A stretch of DNA of 64,000 bases from Dehalococcoidia bacterium (GTDB lineage: Bacteria > Chloroflexota > Dehalococcoidia > Lucifugimonadales > JAGWBF01). The notes below the pieces were generated by a model, which saw only the letters and a list, made by a program, of their open reading frames with translations, did no database searches and was not told the DNA's origin. The translations under genes were made by a program, and so were the position numbers. The stretch covers positions 1,129,179 to 1,193,178 of the forward strand of contig CBDBNM010000002.1 in the NCBI GenBank assembly GCA_965207935.1, written 5' to 3'. Shown here piece by piece: positions 37,198-46,433 of this stretch. The first letter of the stretch is position 1, and each line of letters starts with the position of its first letter.

Positions 37198-37390
37198 TAA
37201 CGTGCACCTACCGAGGGCCCCAGCCCAACAGCGGGAATCAAACTGGTGCTGAGGCTCCCCGGAGCTTAGTGCACATCCCGTAGTCAACGACCTATGCCCG
37301 CTTCGGGTAGAAGCAAACCATTAAGTCACCTCGACAAACTCGGCGCTGTTAGACTAGAATCATGCGCAAAACCGCTAGGTAGTCGAAGGT

Positions 37391-38590
37391 GTGACGCTCC
37401 CCAACCTTACCTACAAAGGCGTGCCCGTTTGGAGGCACGCTCAAGTCCTTCAGTGGACGGCGCAGATCGTGTCCGGGATATTGGTAGTTGTCCTGGTCAC
37501 TTGGTTCTTTGCGAATATCGCCAGCGCCATCTCAAACCGAAACATCCCCTTCGGATTTGAGTTTCTTTCCAGGGAGTACCAGACCCCCATAGGTTGGCAT
37601 CTGCTCCCATACGAGTCCTCAGACACCTTCCTTTACGCCTTTCTCGTCGCCGTTACTAACACCCTGTTTGTCTCCTTGGTCGGCGTGGTGCTGGCAACCC
37701 TCCTGGGCACATTCATAGGGATTGCTCGCCTGTCCGGCAACTGGATCCTTTCCAAGGTTGCCCTCGTTTACATCGAGTTCTTCCGGAATGTTCCTTTGCT
37801 GGTGCAGCTGTTCTTCTGGTTCTTTATAGTGCTGGCGCTGCCCAGCGAGCGGGATGGCTATGTCCTCGCAGACCGCCTGTACCTGAACAATGCAGGGCTA
37901 TCCATTCCGTGGCTTGCGGTGAGCAGCGTTGGTTCCGCCCTGATCTGGCTTGGACTGGTCGTTGCCGCCATCGTCGCCGGCATACTGGTCCATCGCTGGT
38001 TGGTTGCCAGGGAAGTTCGAACAGGTTCGGCGCCGGACCCCCTGTTGATGGGACTTGCAACCGTTTTGGTGATCGGCGCCGTCGGCTGGGTCATTATCGC
38101 CTTTTCGTCAGGAACGGCTCCCTTTACCGTTTCGCTGCCTTCGCCCCAGGGGGACTTTGGTCGCATCTCAGACGGGTTCACCTTGTCGGGAGGGCTGATG
38201 GCGCTGATGATCGGGCTGGTCATGTACACAGCCTCGTTCATCGCCGAGATAGTGAGAGCCGGAATCCAGTCGGTAAGCCGGGGACAAATCGAGGCGGCCC
38301 GCGCTTTGGGGCTCTCAACTGCGAGGACCTTGCGACAGGTAACCCTCCCTCAGGCCATGAAGGTGATTATTCCTCCGCTGATCAGCCAGTTCCTCAACTT
38401 GACCAAGAACAGCAGCTTGGCAGGCGCCATCGGGTTTTCCGACCTTACTAACGTGGCAAAGACCATGACCCAGACGGCGCCTGCCGTATCCATATTCCTG
38501 TTGATCATGGCGGCGTATCTCGCCATGAGCCTGACCTATTCCCTCATCGGCAATCTGTACAACAAGCGGATAAACGTTGGGAGAAGGTAG
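37391..38590 (+). CDS. Amino-acid ABC transporter permease (AapQ/BztB-like)
   Basis: 399 aa, polytopic. EAA-type loop (VSRGQIEAARALGLS). Confidence 0.9.
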   Translation: MTLPNLTYKGVPVWRHAQVLQWTAQIVSGILVVVLVTWFFANIASAISNRNIPFGFEFLSREYQTPIGWHLLPYESSDTFLYAFLVAVTNTLFVSLVGVVLATLLGTFIGIARLSGNWILSKVALVYIEFFRNVPLLVQLFFWFFIVLALPSERDGYVLADRLYLNNAGLSIPWLAVSSVGSALIWLGLVVAAIVAGILVHRWLVAREVRTGSAPDPLLMGLATVLVIGAVGWVIIAFSSGTAPFTVSLPSPQGDFGRISDGFTLSGGLMALMIGLVMYTASFIAEIVRAGIQSVSRGQIEAARALGLSTARTLRQVTLPQAMKVIIPPLISQFLNLTKNSSLAGAIGFSDLTNVAKTMTQTAPAVSIFLLIMAAYLAMSLTYSLIGNLYNKRINVGRR

Positions 38591-38593
38591 GAC

Positions 38594-39844
38594 TTGGCTT
38601 CTGAATTAAGACCCGCCGGCAACGTACCCCTTCCGCCTCCGCGCCTGGAAAGAGGCGCCGTCGGATGGGTACATGCCAACCTGTTTGCGACAAAGTTCAG
38701 CGGCGCCCTTACAGTGGTGTCCGCGTTGGTGATCGGTGCAGCGGCAATATTCGGCATAAACTGGATGCTGTTCAACGCCGACTGGACTGTCATCGGAGTC
38801 CTGGGCGGTCAGATGATAATAGGCCAGTACAACACCGAGGCCTCCTGTCCCGGCCAGAACTGTTTCTGGAGGCCCCAGGCGTCGTTGCTGCTGGTGACGG
38901 CCCTCCTGGGCATGATGTGGGCAGTTGCGGGAGGCGGGCTTACAAAACGTATCGCAATAGGCGTCGCCGTGGCCCTGGCTGCCTTTGCCTTGCTCCCCTA
39001 CAGCTTCGAACGGATGGGCATGGATGTCCGCCTGCTGCTTGCAGCGAATATCCCCGCGCTGGGGATCGGATGGGCTATCGCCCGGTACACACCGTTGGGG
39101 ACTTCGCCCAGGATTGCGCTGTCGGCCGTCGTCGTGTTCGTTTTGACCCTGCTCCTGCTCCGTGGAATCCCAGGCATCCCGGGCCTGCAACCGGTGTCGG
39201 TGCTCAACTGGGGAGGGTTGACGCTGAACCTGGTGCTGGCTGTGGGGGGCATCGCCTTCAGCTTTCCCATCGGCATTGCCCTCGCCCTTGGCCGACGTTC
39301 CCGGCTGCCTGTGGTCAAGCTGCTGTGCGTGGTGTTCATCGAAGTGTTTCGGGGCGTGCCCCTCATTACCCTGCTGTTCATGTCCCAGGTGCTGGTGCCG
39401 CTGGCATTTCCTGAGAACTTCCCCCAGAACTCCCTGTTCCGAGCGGCCATTGTCATAACCTTATTCAGTTCTGCATACATGGCGGAGAACATCCGAGGCG
39501 GGCTCCAGGCCCTGCACCCCGGCCAGGCTGAGGCAGCCCGGGCGCTGGGCCTTCCAAGCTGGCAGACCACCCTCTTCATATCTTTGCCCCAAGCCATCCG
39601 CAATGTGATTCCAGCCATCGTGGGGCAGTTCATCGCTTTATTCAAAGACACTACCCTGGTGTACATCATCGGTATGCTCGACATAGTTGAGATCAGCCGA
39701 GCCTTCACCCAATCAAACCCACAGTACCTTGCCGACACTAAGGAGTTGTTCCTCTTCCTGGGCTTGGTTTTCTGGGTGTTCACCTACGGCATGTCATATG
39801 TCAGCAGGCGGGTGGAAGAGAACATGGGAGTGGGACGCCGGTAG
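38594..39844 (+). CDS. Amino-acid ABC transporter permease (AapM/BztC-like)
   Basis: 416 aa, polytopic. EAA-type loop (HPGQAEAARALGLP). Confidence 0.9.
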   Translation: MASELRPAGNVPLPPPRLERGAVGWVHANLFATKFSGALTVVSALVIGAAAIFGINWMLFNADWTVIGVLGGQMIIGQYNTEASCPGQNCFWRPQASLLLVTALLGMMWAVAGGGLTKRIAIGVAVALAAFALLPYSFERMGMDVRLLLAANIPALGIGWAIARYTPLGTSPRIALSAVVVFVLTLLLLRGIPGIPGLQPVSVLNWGGLTLNLVLAVGGIAFSFPIGIALALGRRSRLPVVKLLCVVFIEVFRGVPLITLLFMSQVLVPLAFPENFPQNSLFRAAIVITLFSSAYMAENIRGGLQALHPGQAEAARALGLPSWQTTLFISLPQAIRNVIPAIVGQFIALFKDTTLVYIIGMLDIVEISRAFTQSNPQYLADTKELFLFLGLVFWVFTYGMSYVSRRVEENMGVGRR

Positions 39845-39861
39845 CTTAGACAGGAGGGACC

Positions 39862-40620
39862 ATGGAAGCGCAAGAAATGAATAACGGCGCAGAAGACATC
39901 ATCATCTGCCGGGATGTGCACAAGTGGTTTGGCAGCTTCCATGCCCTTCGCGGAATCACTACTACCATCGGCAGGGCCCAGGTCGTGGTGGTGTTCGGGC
40001 CGTCGGGGTCCGGCAAGTCCACCTTCATCCGCACCATCAACCGGCTGGAGGAGCACCAGCGGGGCCAGATCATCGTGGACGGCATCGAGCTCACCAACGA
40101 CGTTCGCAACATCGATGCCATTAGGCGGGATGTGGGAATGGTGTTCCAGTCCTTCAACCTGTTCCCCCATCTGACCGTGATGGACAACATCACCCTGGCG
40201 CCGATAAAGGTGCGCAAGATGCCCAGGGACGAAGCACGGCAGGTCGCGTTGGACCTGCTGAACCGGGTGGGAATACCCGACCAGTCGGACAAGTACCCGG
40301 CCCAGCTGTCGGGAGGTCAACAGCAGCGGGTGGCCATAGCCCGGGCGCTGGCGATGCAGCCCAACATTATGCTGTTCGACGAGCCCACCTCGGCCCTCGA
40401 CCCGGAGATGATCAAAGAGGTGCTGGAGGTGATGAAGGAGCTGGCAGGCTCTGGGATGACCATGGTGGTGGTGTCCCACGAGATGGGGTTCGCCCGTGAG
40501 GTGGCGGACCGCATGATGATGTTCGACCAGGGATCGATTGTAGAGGATGGGTCCCCCCAGCAGATATTCGAGGACCCACAGAACGATCGGACCAAGCTGT
40601 TCCTGTCCCAGATACTCTAG
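39862..40620 (+). CDS. Amino-acid ABC transporter ATP-binding protein (AapP/GlnQ-like)
   Basis: 252 aa. Walker [10 protein letters not shown], signature LSGGQQQRV and Walker [13 protein letters not shown]. Confidence 0.95.
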   Translation: MEAQEMNNGAEDIIICRDVHKWFGSFHALRGITTTIGRAQVVVVFGPSGSGKSTFIRTINRLEEHQRGQIIVDGIELTNDVRNIDAIRRDVGMVFQSFNLFPHLTVMDNITLAPIKVRKMPRDEARQVALDLLNRVGIPDQSDKYPAQLSGGQQQRVAIARALAMQPNIMLFDEPTSALDPEMIKEVLEVMKELAGSGMTMVVVSHEMGFAREVADRMMMFDQGSIVEDGSPQQIFEDPQNDRTKLFLSQIL

Positions 40621-40626
40621 GCGGCG

Positions 40627-42276
40627 TTAGGAGAGGAGCTTTTTGGCCAGCCTTGAGGCATCTTCCAGGCTCGGCTGGAAGTGTTCTGGTGGGACATTGC
40701 GCAGGACGTTAAGCGCCCGCAGGGTGGTCTCAGGCATACCCTGAAGACCGATGATGATGCACTGAACTTCATTCTTCATCGCCGTATCGATCAGCTGCTC
40801 CACCACCAAGGCGGCGCTGTCATCGACGTAAAGGGTGTCGGAGAAATCGAGGATGACCACCTCATGCTCCCGTATGTCTGCCCCTATGGTGTTGTTCAGC
40901 TTGGCGGCTGATGCCACGGTGAAGCTTCCACGGAGGGCAACCAGTCCAACACGAGCGGAGAAGAAATCTTCGTCTGGCACCGAGTCCACCCCGGCTTCTT
41001 CATCACCCTCTCCACTTGCCAGGAAGCTGTGGTCCAGCAGGGGCACCGAAACCACGCTGTCCAGTTCCAGGCGCTCAAACTGGCGGGCGTTGGTGACTGC
41101 GGCTGCTATCATCCCCACCGCGACGGCGGTTACCAGGTCGAGGAACACGGTCAGTCCAAAGGTCAGGAGCATAACCAACAGGTGTTCTCGGTGGACTCGA
41201 TGCATTAGAGCAACAAAACGCCAGTCCACCGTGTCCCATCCAACCTTTACGAGAATTGCGGCTAGAACGGCGTTAGGTATCTTGGCGACGTAGTCTCCTA
41301 GGAGCATCACCATCGCTGCCAGGATTCCTACCGCAAGCAGCCCCGCAAGGTAGGAGCGTCCCCCAGCCTGAATGTTTGCCACGGTGCTGGGCGTGGCTCC
41401 AGCTCCGGGAAGGGCGCGGATGAACCCGGCGAACACGGTGCCAGCCCCCTGGGCCAAAAGCTCCTTATCGGCCTTGTGATTGGTCCTGGTCATTGAGTCC
41501 GCTACCAAAGCTGTGAGCAGGGTATCTACGGAACTCACGAGGGCGATGACCAGCGCAGGTTCTATGGCCCTGACGAGGATTCCGGGAGAGACCTCAGGCA
41601 GAAGGAACGAGGGAAGATTGGTCGGCACAGAGCCAATCGCAGGCACATCGGTGAGCCACAGCAATCCCAGCAGGGTCCCTACCAAGAGAGCGACCAAGGT
41701 CGATGGCAGGAACCGTTGAAGCTTGGTGGGCCACAGGAAGGCGACGGCAAGGGTAGTGGCAGCGATTATAAGGGCCCCTGCTTCGAAATGGTTCACCACC
41801 TCCGGCCAGTTTTGGATGGTCCCAACGGGCCCGCCGGCAACCACAGGCGCCCCGAGGAAAGGCAGGGTCTGGACCAGGATAATGATGACTCCCACACCGG
41901 TCATAAAGCCGGAGATGACCGAGTAGGGTGTATAGGTCACAAAGCGCCCGACCCTGAGCATACCCAGCAGGATCTGGATGCATCCCGCCATGATGACGAT
42001 TGTGAACGCCTCACCCAGGTTATCAGCGTGGGCTGAAACGATGACGGCGATAGCAACTGTGGTAGAACCTGTTGGCCCGGAGATGAGGCCCCGGCACCCG
42101 CCGAACAGGGCTGCGAAGAACCCTACGGCCACCGCTCCATATATGCCGGCGGCAGCCCCTAGCCCCGATGCTACGCCGAAGGCCAGAGCGACCGGCAGCC
42201 CGACCACTGCGGCAGTGACCCCTCCAAAGACTTCACCTCGGAGGGTTAGCAGGTCTTGCTTTAGCCTGGGAGACAT
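40627..42276 (-). CDS. SulP-family anion transporter with C-terminal STAS domain
   Basis: 549 aa. Polytopic N-terminal part (Sulfate_transp-like) with a C-terminal STAS-like region (VVILDFSDTLYVDDSAAL). Confidence 0.9.
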   Translation of the reverse strand: MSPRLKQDLLTLRGEVFGGVTAAVVGLPVALAFGVASGLGAAAGIYGAVAVGFFAALFGGCRGLISGPTGSTTVAIAVIVSAHADNLGEAFTIVIMAGCIQILLGMLRVGRFVTYTPYSVISGFMTGVGVIIILVQTLPFLGAPVVAGGPVGTIQNWPEVVNHFEAGALIIAATTLAVAFLWPTKLQRFLPSTLVALLVGTLLGLLWLTDVPAIGSVPTNLPSFLLPEVSPGILVRAIEPALVIALVSSVDTLLTALVADSMTRTNHKADKELLAQGAGTVFAGFIRALPGAGATPSTVANIQAGGRSYLAGLLAVGILAAMVMLLGDYVAKIPNAVLAAILVKVGWDTVDWRFVALMHRVHREHLLVMLLTFGLTVFLDLVTAVAVGMIAAAVTNARQFERLELDSVVSVPLLDHSFLASGEGDEEAGVDSVPDEDFFSARVGLVALRGSFTVASAAKLNNTIGADIREHEVVILDFSDTLYVDDSAALVVEQLIDTAMKNEVQCIIIGLQGMPETTLRALNVLRNVPPEHFQPSLEDASRLAKKLLS

Positions 42277-42484
42277 TCGAGGGTTCTATTAGGCGTTGAT
42301 GGCAATGGCTTCACTCACGATATTCTGTGGGGCCTGTCTCTTGATGAAGATGCCTGCGCAGAGGATGCGCAGGAGCGTTGGTGTCTACCGGAAAGACTGC
42401 CCCCATACAATACAATAGTATCTGCCCGTTATCCACATTGGGTTTATCTGGACATGGATAACCCCTTGGACATATACTTCTGCG

Positions 42485-43945
42485 GTGCAGTTCGACAGCT
42501 ACGAACTAGACCCTGCGATTTACGATGAGATGTTCCTAGCCGATGGTACCATCAGGGAGCATTGTAGTCGACTCTACGAAGAGCTGACCCAGCTTTCGGC
42601 CGAAGAGACCAGGACCATCCAGGAGCGGGTTGCCCGCTCATTTCGGAACGAAGGCATCACCTTCACCGTTTATGGGGATGAGGAGGCTGACGAGCGCATT
42701 ATCCCCATCGATTGCGTCCCACGCTTGATGGCCAAGTCCGATTGGCTCCACCTCGAAGCAGGGCTGACCCAACGTCTGAAGGCCCTGAACCTCTTTCTGG
42801 AAGATGTTTACAGCGGCTCCCCGGGAGAAAACGGCCGTGGAGAGCCGCGCATCATTCACGATGGAGTGGTCCCCGTCGATGTGGTGCGGGGCTGTCCTCA
42901 GTACAGGTTGGAAATGCAGGGCTTCTCTGCGCCATACGGCACCTGGGTTGCCATATGCGGCACCGACCTTGTGCGCACCAACCAGGGGTTCCAGGTACTG
43001 GAGGACAACCTCCGGGTCCCCTCGGGGGTCTCCTACATGATCGCCAACCGCAAGGCGGTCAAAGCCAACCTGCGCCGGCTTTATCGGACCTCCCGGGTGC
43101 AGGAAGTGGAGCACTACGGCCGGGTGCTGCTGCAGACCCTGAAGGAGCTGGCTCCTGTGGGGTGCGAGGACCCCACCATCGTCCTGCTCACGCCCGGAGT
43201 GTACAACTCAGCCTTTTACGAGCACATTTTCCTGGCCCATGAGATAGGCGCCGAGCTGGTGGAAGGCAGGGACTTGCTGGTCAGCGACGGCTATGTGTAC
43301 ATGCGCAACACCACAGGGCTGCAGCGCGTGGATGTGATATATCGTCGGGTGGATGACGACTTCATCGACCCCCTGGTGTTTCGCCCGGACTCCCTCCTCG
43401 GCGTTCCCGGGCTTATGCAAGCGTACAAGCAGGGCAACGTCAGCCTCGTGAACGCACCCGGCACCGGCGTCGCCGACGACAAGAGCGTTTACGCCTACGT
43501 TCCGGACATGGTGCGCTACTACCTTAACGAGGAACCGATACTGAACAACGTGGATACCCGGCTCTGCCGCAGGCCGGAAGACCTGGAATACACCCTGGAC
43601 AACCTGCAAGACCTTGTGGTGAAGCGGGTCGGAGGCTCCGGCGGGTACGGAATGCTCATTGGGCCCCACTCGACGCCCCAGGAGCGAGAGGACTACGCCA
43701 AGGAGATGCGCTCCGACCCAGCCGACTTCATTTCCCAGCCCGTCCTTGCCCTTTCCCGCTCTCCCTGCTTCATCGATGGCGAGTTCGAGCCGCGGCACGT
43801 GGATCTGCGTCCCTTTATTCTGCACGGAAAGACCACCCGCATAGTCCCCGGCGCTTTCTGTCGGATCGCCCTGCGCCGGGGCAGCCTCGTCGTGAATTCC
43901 AGCCAGGGCGGGGGTGGCAAAGATTTCTGGGTCATGGATGAGTAG
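42485..43945 (+). CDS. Circularly permuted type-2 ATP-grasp protein (DUF404/DUF407 type)
   Basis: 486 aa. Pattern recalled for this family (TFTVYGD...ERIIPIDCVPR, NAPGTGVADDKSVYAYVP, VVKRVGGSGGYGMLIGP). Confidence 0.85.
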   Translation: MQFDSYELDPAIYDEMFLADGTIREHCSRLYEELTQLSAEETRTIQERVARSFRNEGITFTVYGDEEADERIIPIDCVPRLMAKSDWLHLEAGLTQRLKALNLFLEDVYSGSPGENGRGEPRIIHDGVVPVDVVRGCPQYRLEMQGFSAPYGTWVAICGTDLVRTNQGFQVLEDNLRVPSGVSYMIANRKAVKANLRRLYRTSRVQEVEHYGRVLLQTLKELAPVGCEDPTIVLLTPGVYNSAFYEHIFLAHEIGAELVEGRDLLVSDGYVYMRNTTGLQRVDVIYRRVDDDFIDPLVFRPDSLLGVPGLMQAYKQGNVSLVNAPGTGVADDKSVYAYVPDMVRYYLNEEPILNNVDTRLCRRPEDLEYTLDNLQDLVVKRVGGSGGYGMLIGPHSTPQEREDYAKEMRSDPADFISQPVLALSRSPCFIDGEFEPRHVDLRPFILHGKTTRIVPGAFCRIALRRGSLVVNSSQGGGGKDFWVMDE

Positions 43946-44062
43946 CTCCCGCCAGAGGGAGCTAGCTCTCAGCAAAGTGAAAATACGTATGCCGTCTCAC
44001 CGTCTTGAGGAGGACGAGACGGAGGCAGCCCAGGGAGATTGCAGATATAGGAGGATGGGCAA

Positions 44063-45448
44063 TTGAGTGCAATAATGGTCCCGTTTAAGCGCCACCGCGT
44101 TCTTGTGCTGGCGGTGCTAATCCTGCTGACGTTGGCTATATTCTCTGTGAGGCCGGCCCTCGCGCAGACCACCGGCGTCAACCCGGAGACCCAGTTTGTC
44201 CTCAACACCTTCGCCTTCCTTGCCTGGGGGGCATTGGTGATGTGGATGTGTGCCGGATTCACCATGCTGGAGGCCGGGTCGGTGCGCACCAAGAACGCAT
44301 CGATGATCTGCCTCAAGAACATCGGCCTGTACTCCATTGCCGGTCTGGCCTTCTTCTTCATCGGCTACAACCTGATGTACACCGATGTCTGGCATGTCAT
44401 CGGCTCCTTCCAATTGCTGTACGGCCCTTCGGATGCCGAACGCGCGTTGATCGAAGGAACCGGAGGGGCAGCTGAGGTAGTTGAGAACAACTACTCGGTG
44501 ATGTCCGACTGGTTCTTCCAGATGGTCTTTGTTGCAACCACAGCTTCAATAGTTTCGGGGGCCATAGCTGAGAGGGTGAGGATGTGGATATTCTTCCTGT
44601 TCATCCTTGTGCTCACAGCGTTCATCTATCCCATCGTGGGAGCATGGACCTGGGGAGGGGGATGGCTGGCGGAGCGGGGCTTCCAGGACTTCGCCGGATC
44701 GACCATAGTGCATAGCACCGGCGGATGGGCCGCCCTTGCAGGAGTGATGGTCATCGGTCCCAGGCTGGGCAAGTTCCGGCGCGACGGCACCGCAAGGCCC
44801 ACCCCGCCGTCCAACATCCTGTCGGTAACCCTTGGCGTATTTATATTGTGGCTGGGATGGTTCGGGTTTAACGGCGGTTCCCAGCTATCCCTGGGGACTG
44901 CCTTCGATGCTGTGGCTATGAGCAATGTTCTGGTCAACACCAACTTGGCTGCCGCTGCCGGAGTTGTGGTAGCTCTGGCGGTGTCCCGGCCCATCCTGGG
45001 TCGCATGGACCTGTTTGCGGGGCTGAATGGCGCCCTTGCAGGACTTGTTTCCATCACGGCGGGACCCGATATAGTTGACCACTACTGGGCGGTAGTCATC
45101 GGCGCTGTCGGCGGCGCTATCTGCGTGGGAGCCATCAAGCTCATGGAGATGGTCAAGCTGGATGATGTGGTGGGCGCCATCCCGGCCCACCTGTTTGCCG
45201 GCGTTTGGGGTACCCTGGCGGTCTGCATCGCTGCGGGCGGCCAGTTCCACATCCAACTGCTTGGCGTCGTGTCCATAGGCGCCTTTGTGTTCGGAGTGTC
45301 ATACCTTCTGTGGTTCGGCCTGAACAAAACGATTGGACTCAGGGTGCCTCCCTCGGTAGAGAGGCTGGGCCAAGATGTTGCAGAACTGGGCATCGAAGCG
45401 TACCCCGAGTTTGTGCTGATGCCCGAGCCGGACGACGAGGCAAGTTAA
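44063..45448 (+). CDS. amt: Ammonium transporter (Amt family)
   Basis: 461 aa. Signal-like N-terminus, then AGFTMLEAGSVR, DFAGSTIVH and VGAIPAHLFAGVWG motifs. TTG start after AGGAGGA; an alternative ATG is at 44075. Confidence 0.93.
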   Translation: MSAIMVPFKRHRVLVLAVLILLTLAIFSVRPALAQTTGVNPETQFVLNTFAFLAWGALVMWMCAGFTMLEAGSVRTKNASMICLKNIGLYSIAGLAFFFIGYNLMYTDVWHVIGSFQLLYGPSDAERALIEGTGGAAEVVENNYSVMSDWFFQMVFVATTASIVSGAIAERVRMWIFFLFILVLTAFIYPIVGAWTWGGGWLAERGFQDFAGSTIVHSTGGWAALAGVMVIGPRLGKFRRDGTARPTPPSNILSVTLGVFILWLGWFGFNGGSQLSLGTAFDAVAMSNVLVNTNLAAAAGVVVALAVSRPILGRMDLFAGLNGALAGLVSITAGPDIVDHYWAVVIGAVGGAICVGAIKLMEMVKLDDVVGAIPAHLFAGVWGTLAVCIAAGGQFHIQLLGVVSIGAFVFGVSYLLWFGLNKTIGLRVPPSVERLGQDVAELGIEAYPEFVLMPEPDDEAS

Positions 45449-45452
45449 CCAC

Positions 45453-46418
45453 GTGCTGTCTAGAAGCGCGCAAGGACTCTACTGGATGGGCCGCTACCTG
45501 GAGCGGGCGCAGCACCTTTGCGGGTTGCTGCGCCTGCAGTCGGAGGCCCTGGTGGACCGCCCAATCCGGGAGATATATGCGGGCTGGAAGCGGATCTACG
45601 ACAGCATCGGCAGGGAGCCTCCCGGAGGCAGTCTTGCGCTGAGCGAGACCGATGAGTTCACCTTGGCCGACTCCTACACCCTGGCCGACGATCTGACCTT
45701 CGAGCGGTCGAACCCGGACTCGGTGTGGCGGTGCTTCGCCATGGGCCGGGAGAACGCCCGCCAGATGCGCAACAGCATCAGCGCCGATATGTGGACGTCG
45801 CTGAATTTGGCTTACCTCCGCATCCAGGATCTGTCCATCCAGGATATCTGGACAGCTCCCGAGAGCTTCTACGCAGAGACCTTTGCGGAGATCAACACAT
45901 TTACCGGCGTGGCGTTCTTCACCATGTATCGGGACGACGGGTGGCATTTCCTGCAATTGGGGTCCACCATGGAACGTTCTCAGCTCCTGACCTCCCTGCT
46001 GTTGACCCAGCTGCTCAGCGAAGTCTCCGCCGAGGAAATCCTCGATGACGACTGGGCGACCCTGCTGCGTGCGTACCATGCCACCGAGACCTATAGCCGC
46101 AAGCACAGCGCCGAAGTCTTCGGTGATAAGGTGCTGGATTTGCTGCTCAACGATTCCATGCTGCCCAGGTCCCTGCGCCGCTCCATCGACCTGATGTCGG
46201 CCCAACTGAGTGGCCTGAAGCCCGGTCCTGATCCAGGGTCTAACGCGGCGGTCCGGCAGGCGGAGATTCGTCTCAGCAACCTGGTCAACCAGGACCTGGC
46301 CCCCCAGGGGAACCGCGCCGCCCTCTTGAGAAGGGTTAACGAACGGTGCCGGGAGCTTCACCAGCTCGTGTCTGCTTCCTACTTCAGCTACCCCTTGGAA
46401 ACGCAACCGGCAAGCTGA
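45453..46418 (+). CDS. Alpha-E domain protein (DUF403)
   Basis: 321 aa. LSRSAQGLYWMGRYLERA opening typical of the family. The GTG start is 4 nt after the amt stop. Confidence 0.85.
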   Translation: MLSRSAQGLYWMGRYLERAQHLCGLLRLQSEALVDRPIREIYAGWKRIYDSIGREPPGGSLALSETDEFTLADSYTLADDLTFERSNPDSVWRCFAMGRENARQMRNSISADMWTSLNLAYLRIQDLSIQDIWTAPESFYAETFAEINTFTGVAFFTMYRDDGWHFLQLGSTMERSQLLTSLLLTQLLSEVSAEEILDDDWATLLRAYHATETYSRKHSAEVFGDKVLDLLLNDSMLPRSLRRSIDLMSAQLSGLKPGPDPGSNAAVRQAEIRLSNLVNQDLAPQGNRAALLRRVNERCRELHQLVSASYFSYPLETQPAS

Positions 46419-46433
46419 CTTGATTCACTCCCT

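Noticed and set aside
42300-42485. Chromosomal replication origin (oriC), suggested by the perfect DnaA box.
   Set aside because: There are only one perfect and one or two imperfect boxes. No dnaA/dnaN or other origin-linked genes are nearby, and no extended AT-rich unwinding element is present. It is kept only as a possible operator.
43969-44361. 130-aa minus-strand ORF upstream of and overlapping amt, and a possible nitrogen-regulator site (GTA-N8-CAC at about 44000).
   Set aside because: The ORF is antisense to the amt signal-peptide region and shows no motif. The GTA-N8-CAC string is a single imperfect match to a cyanobacterial NtcA-type site, with no supporting context.
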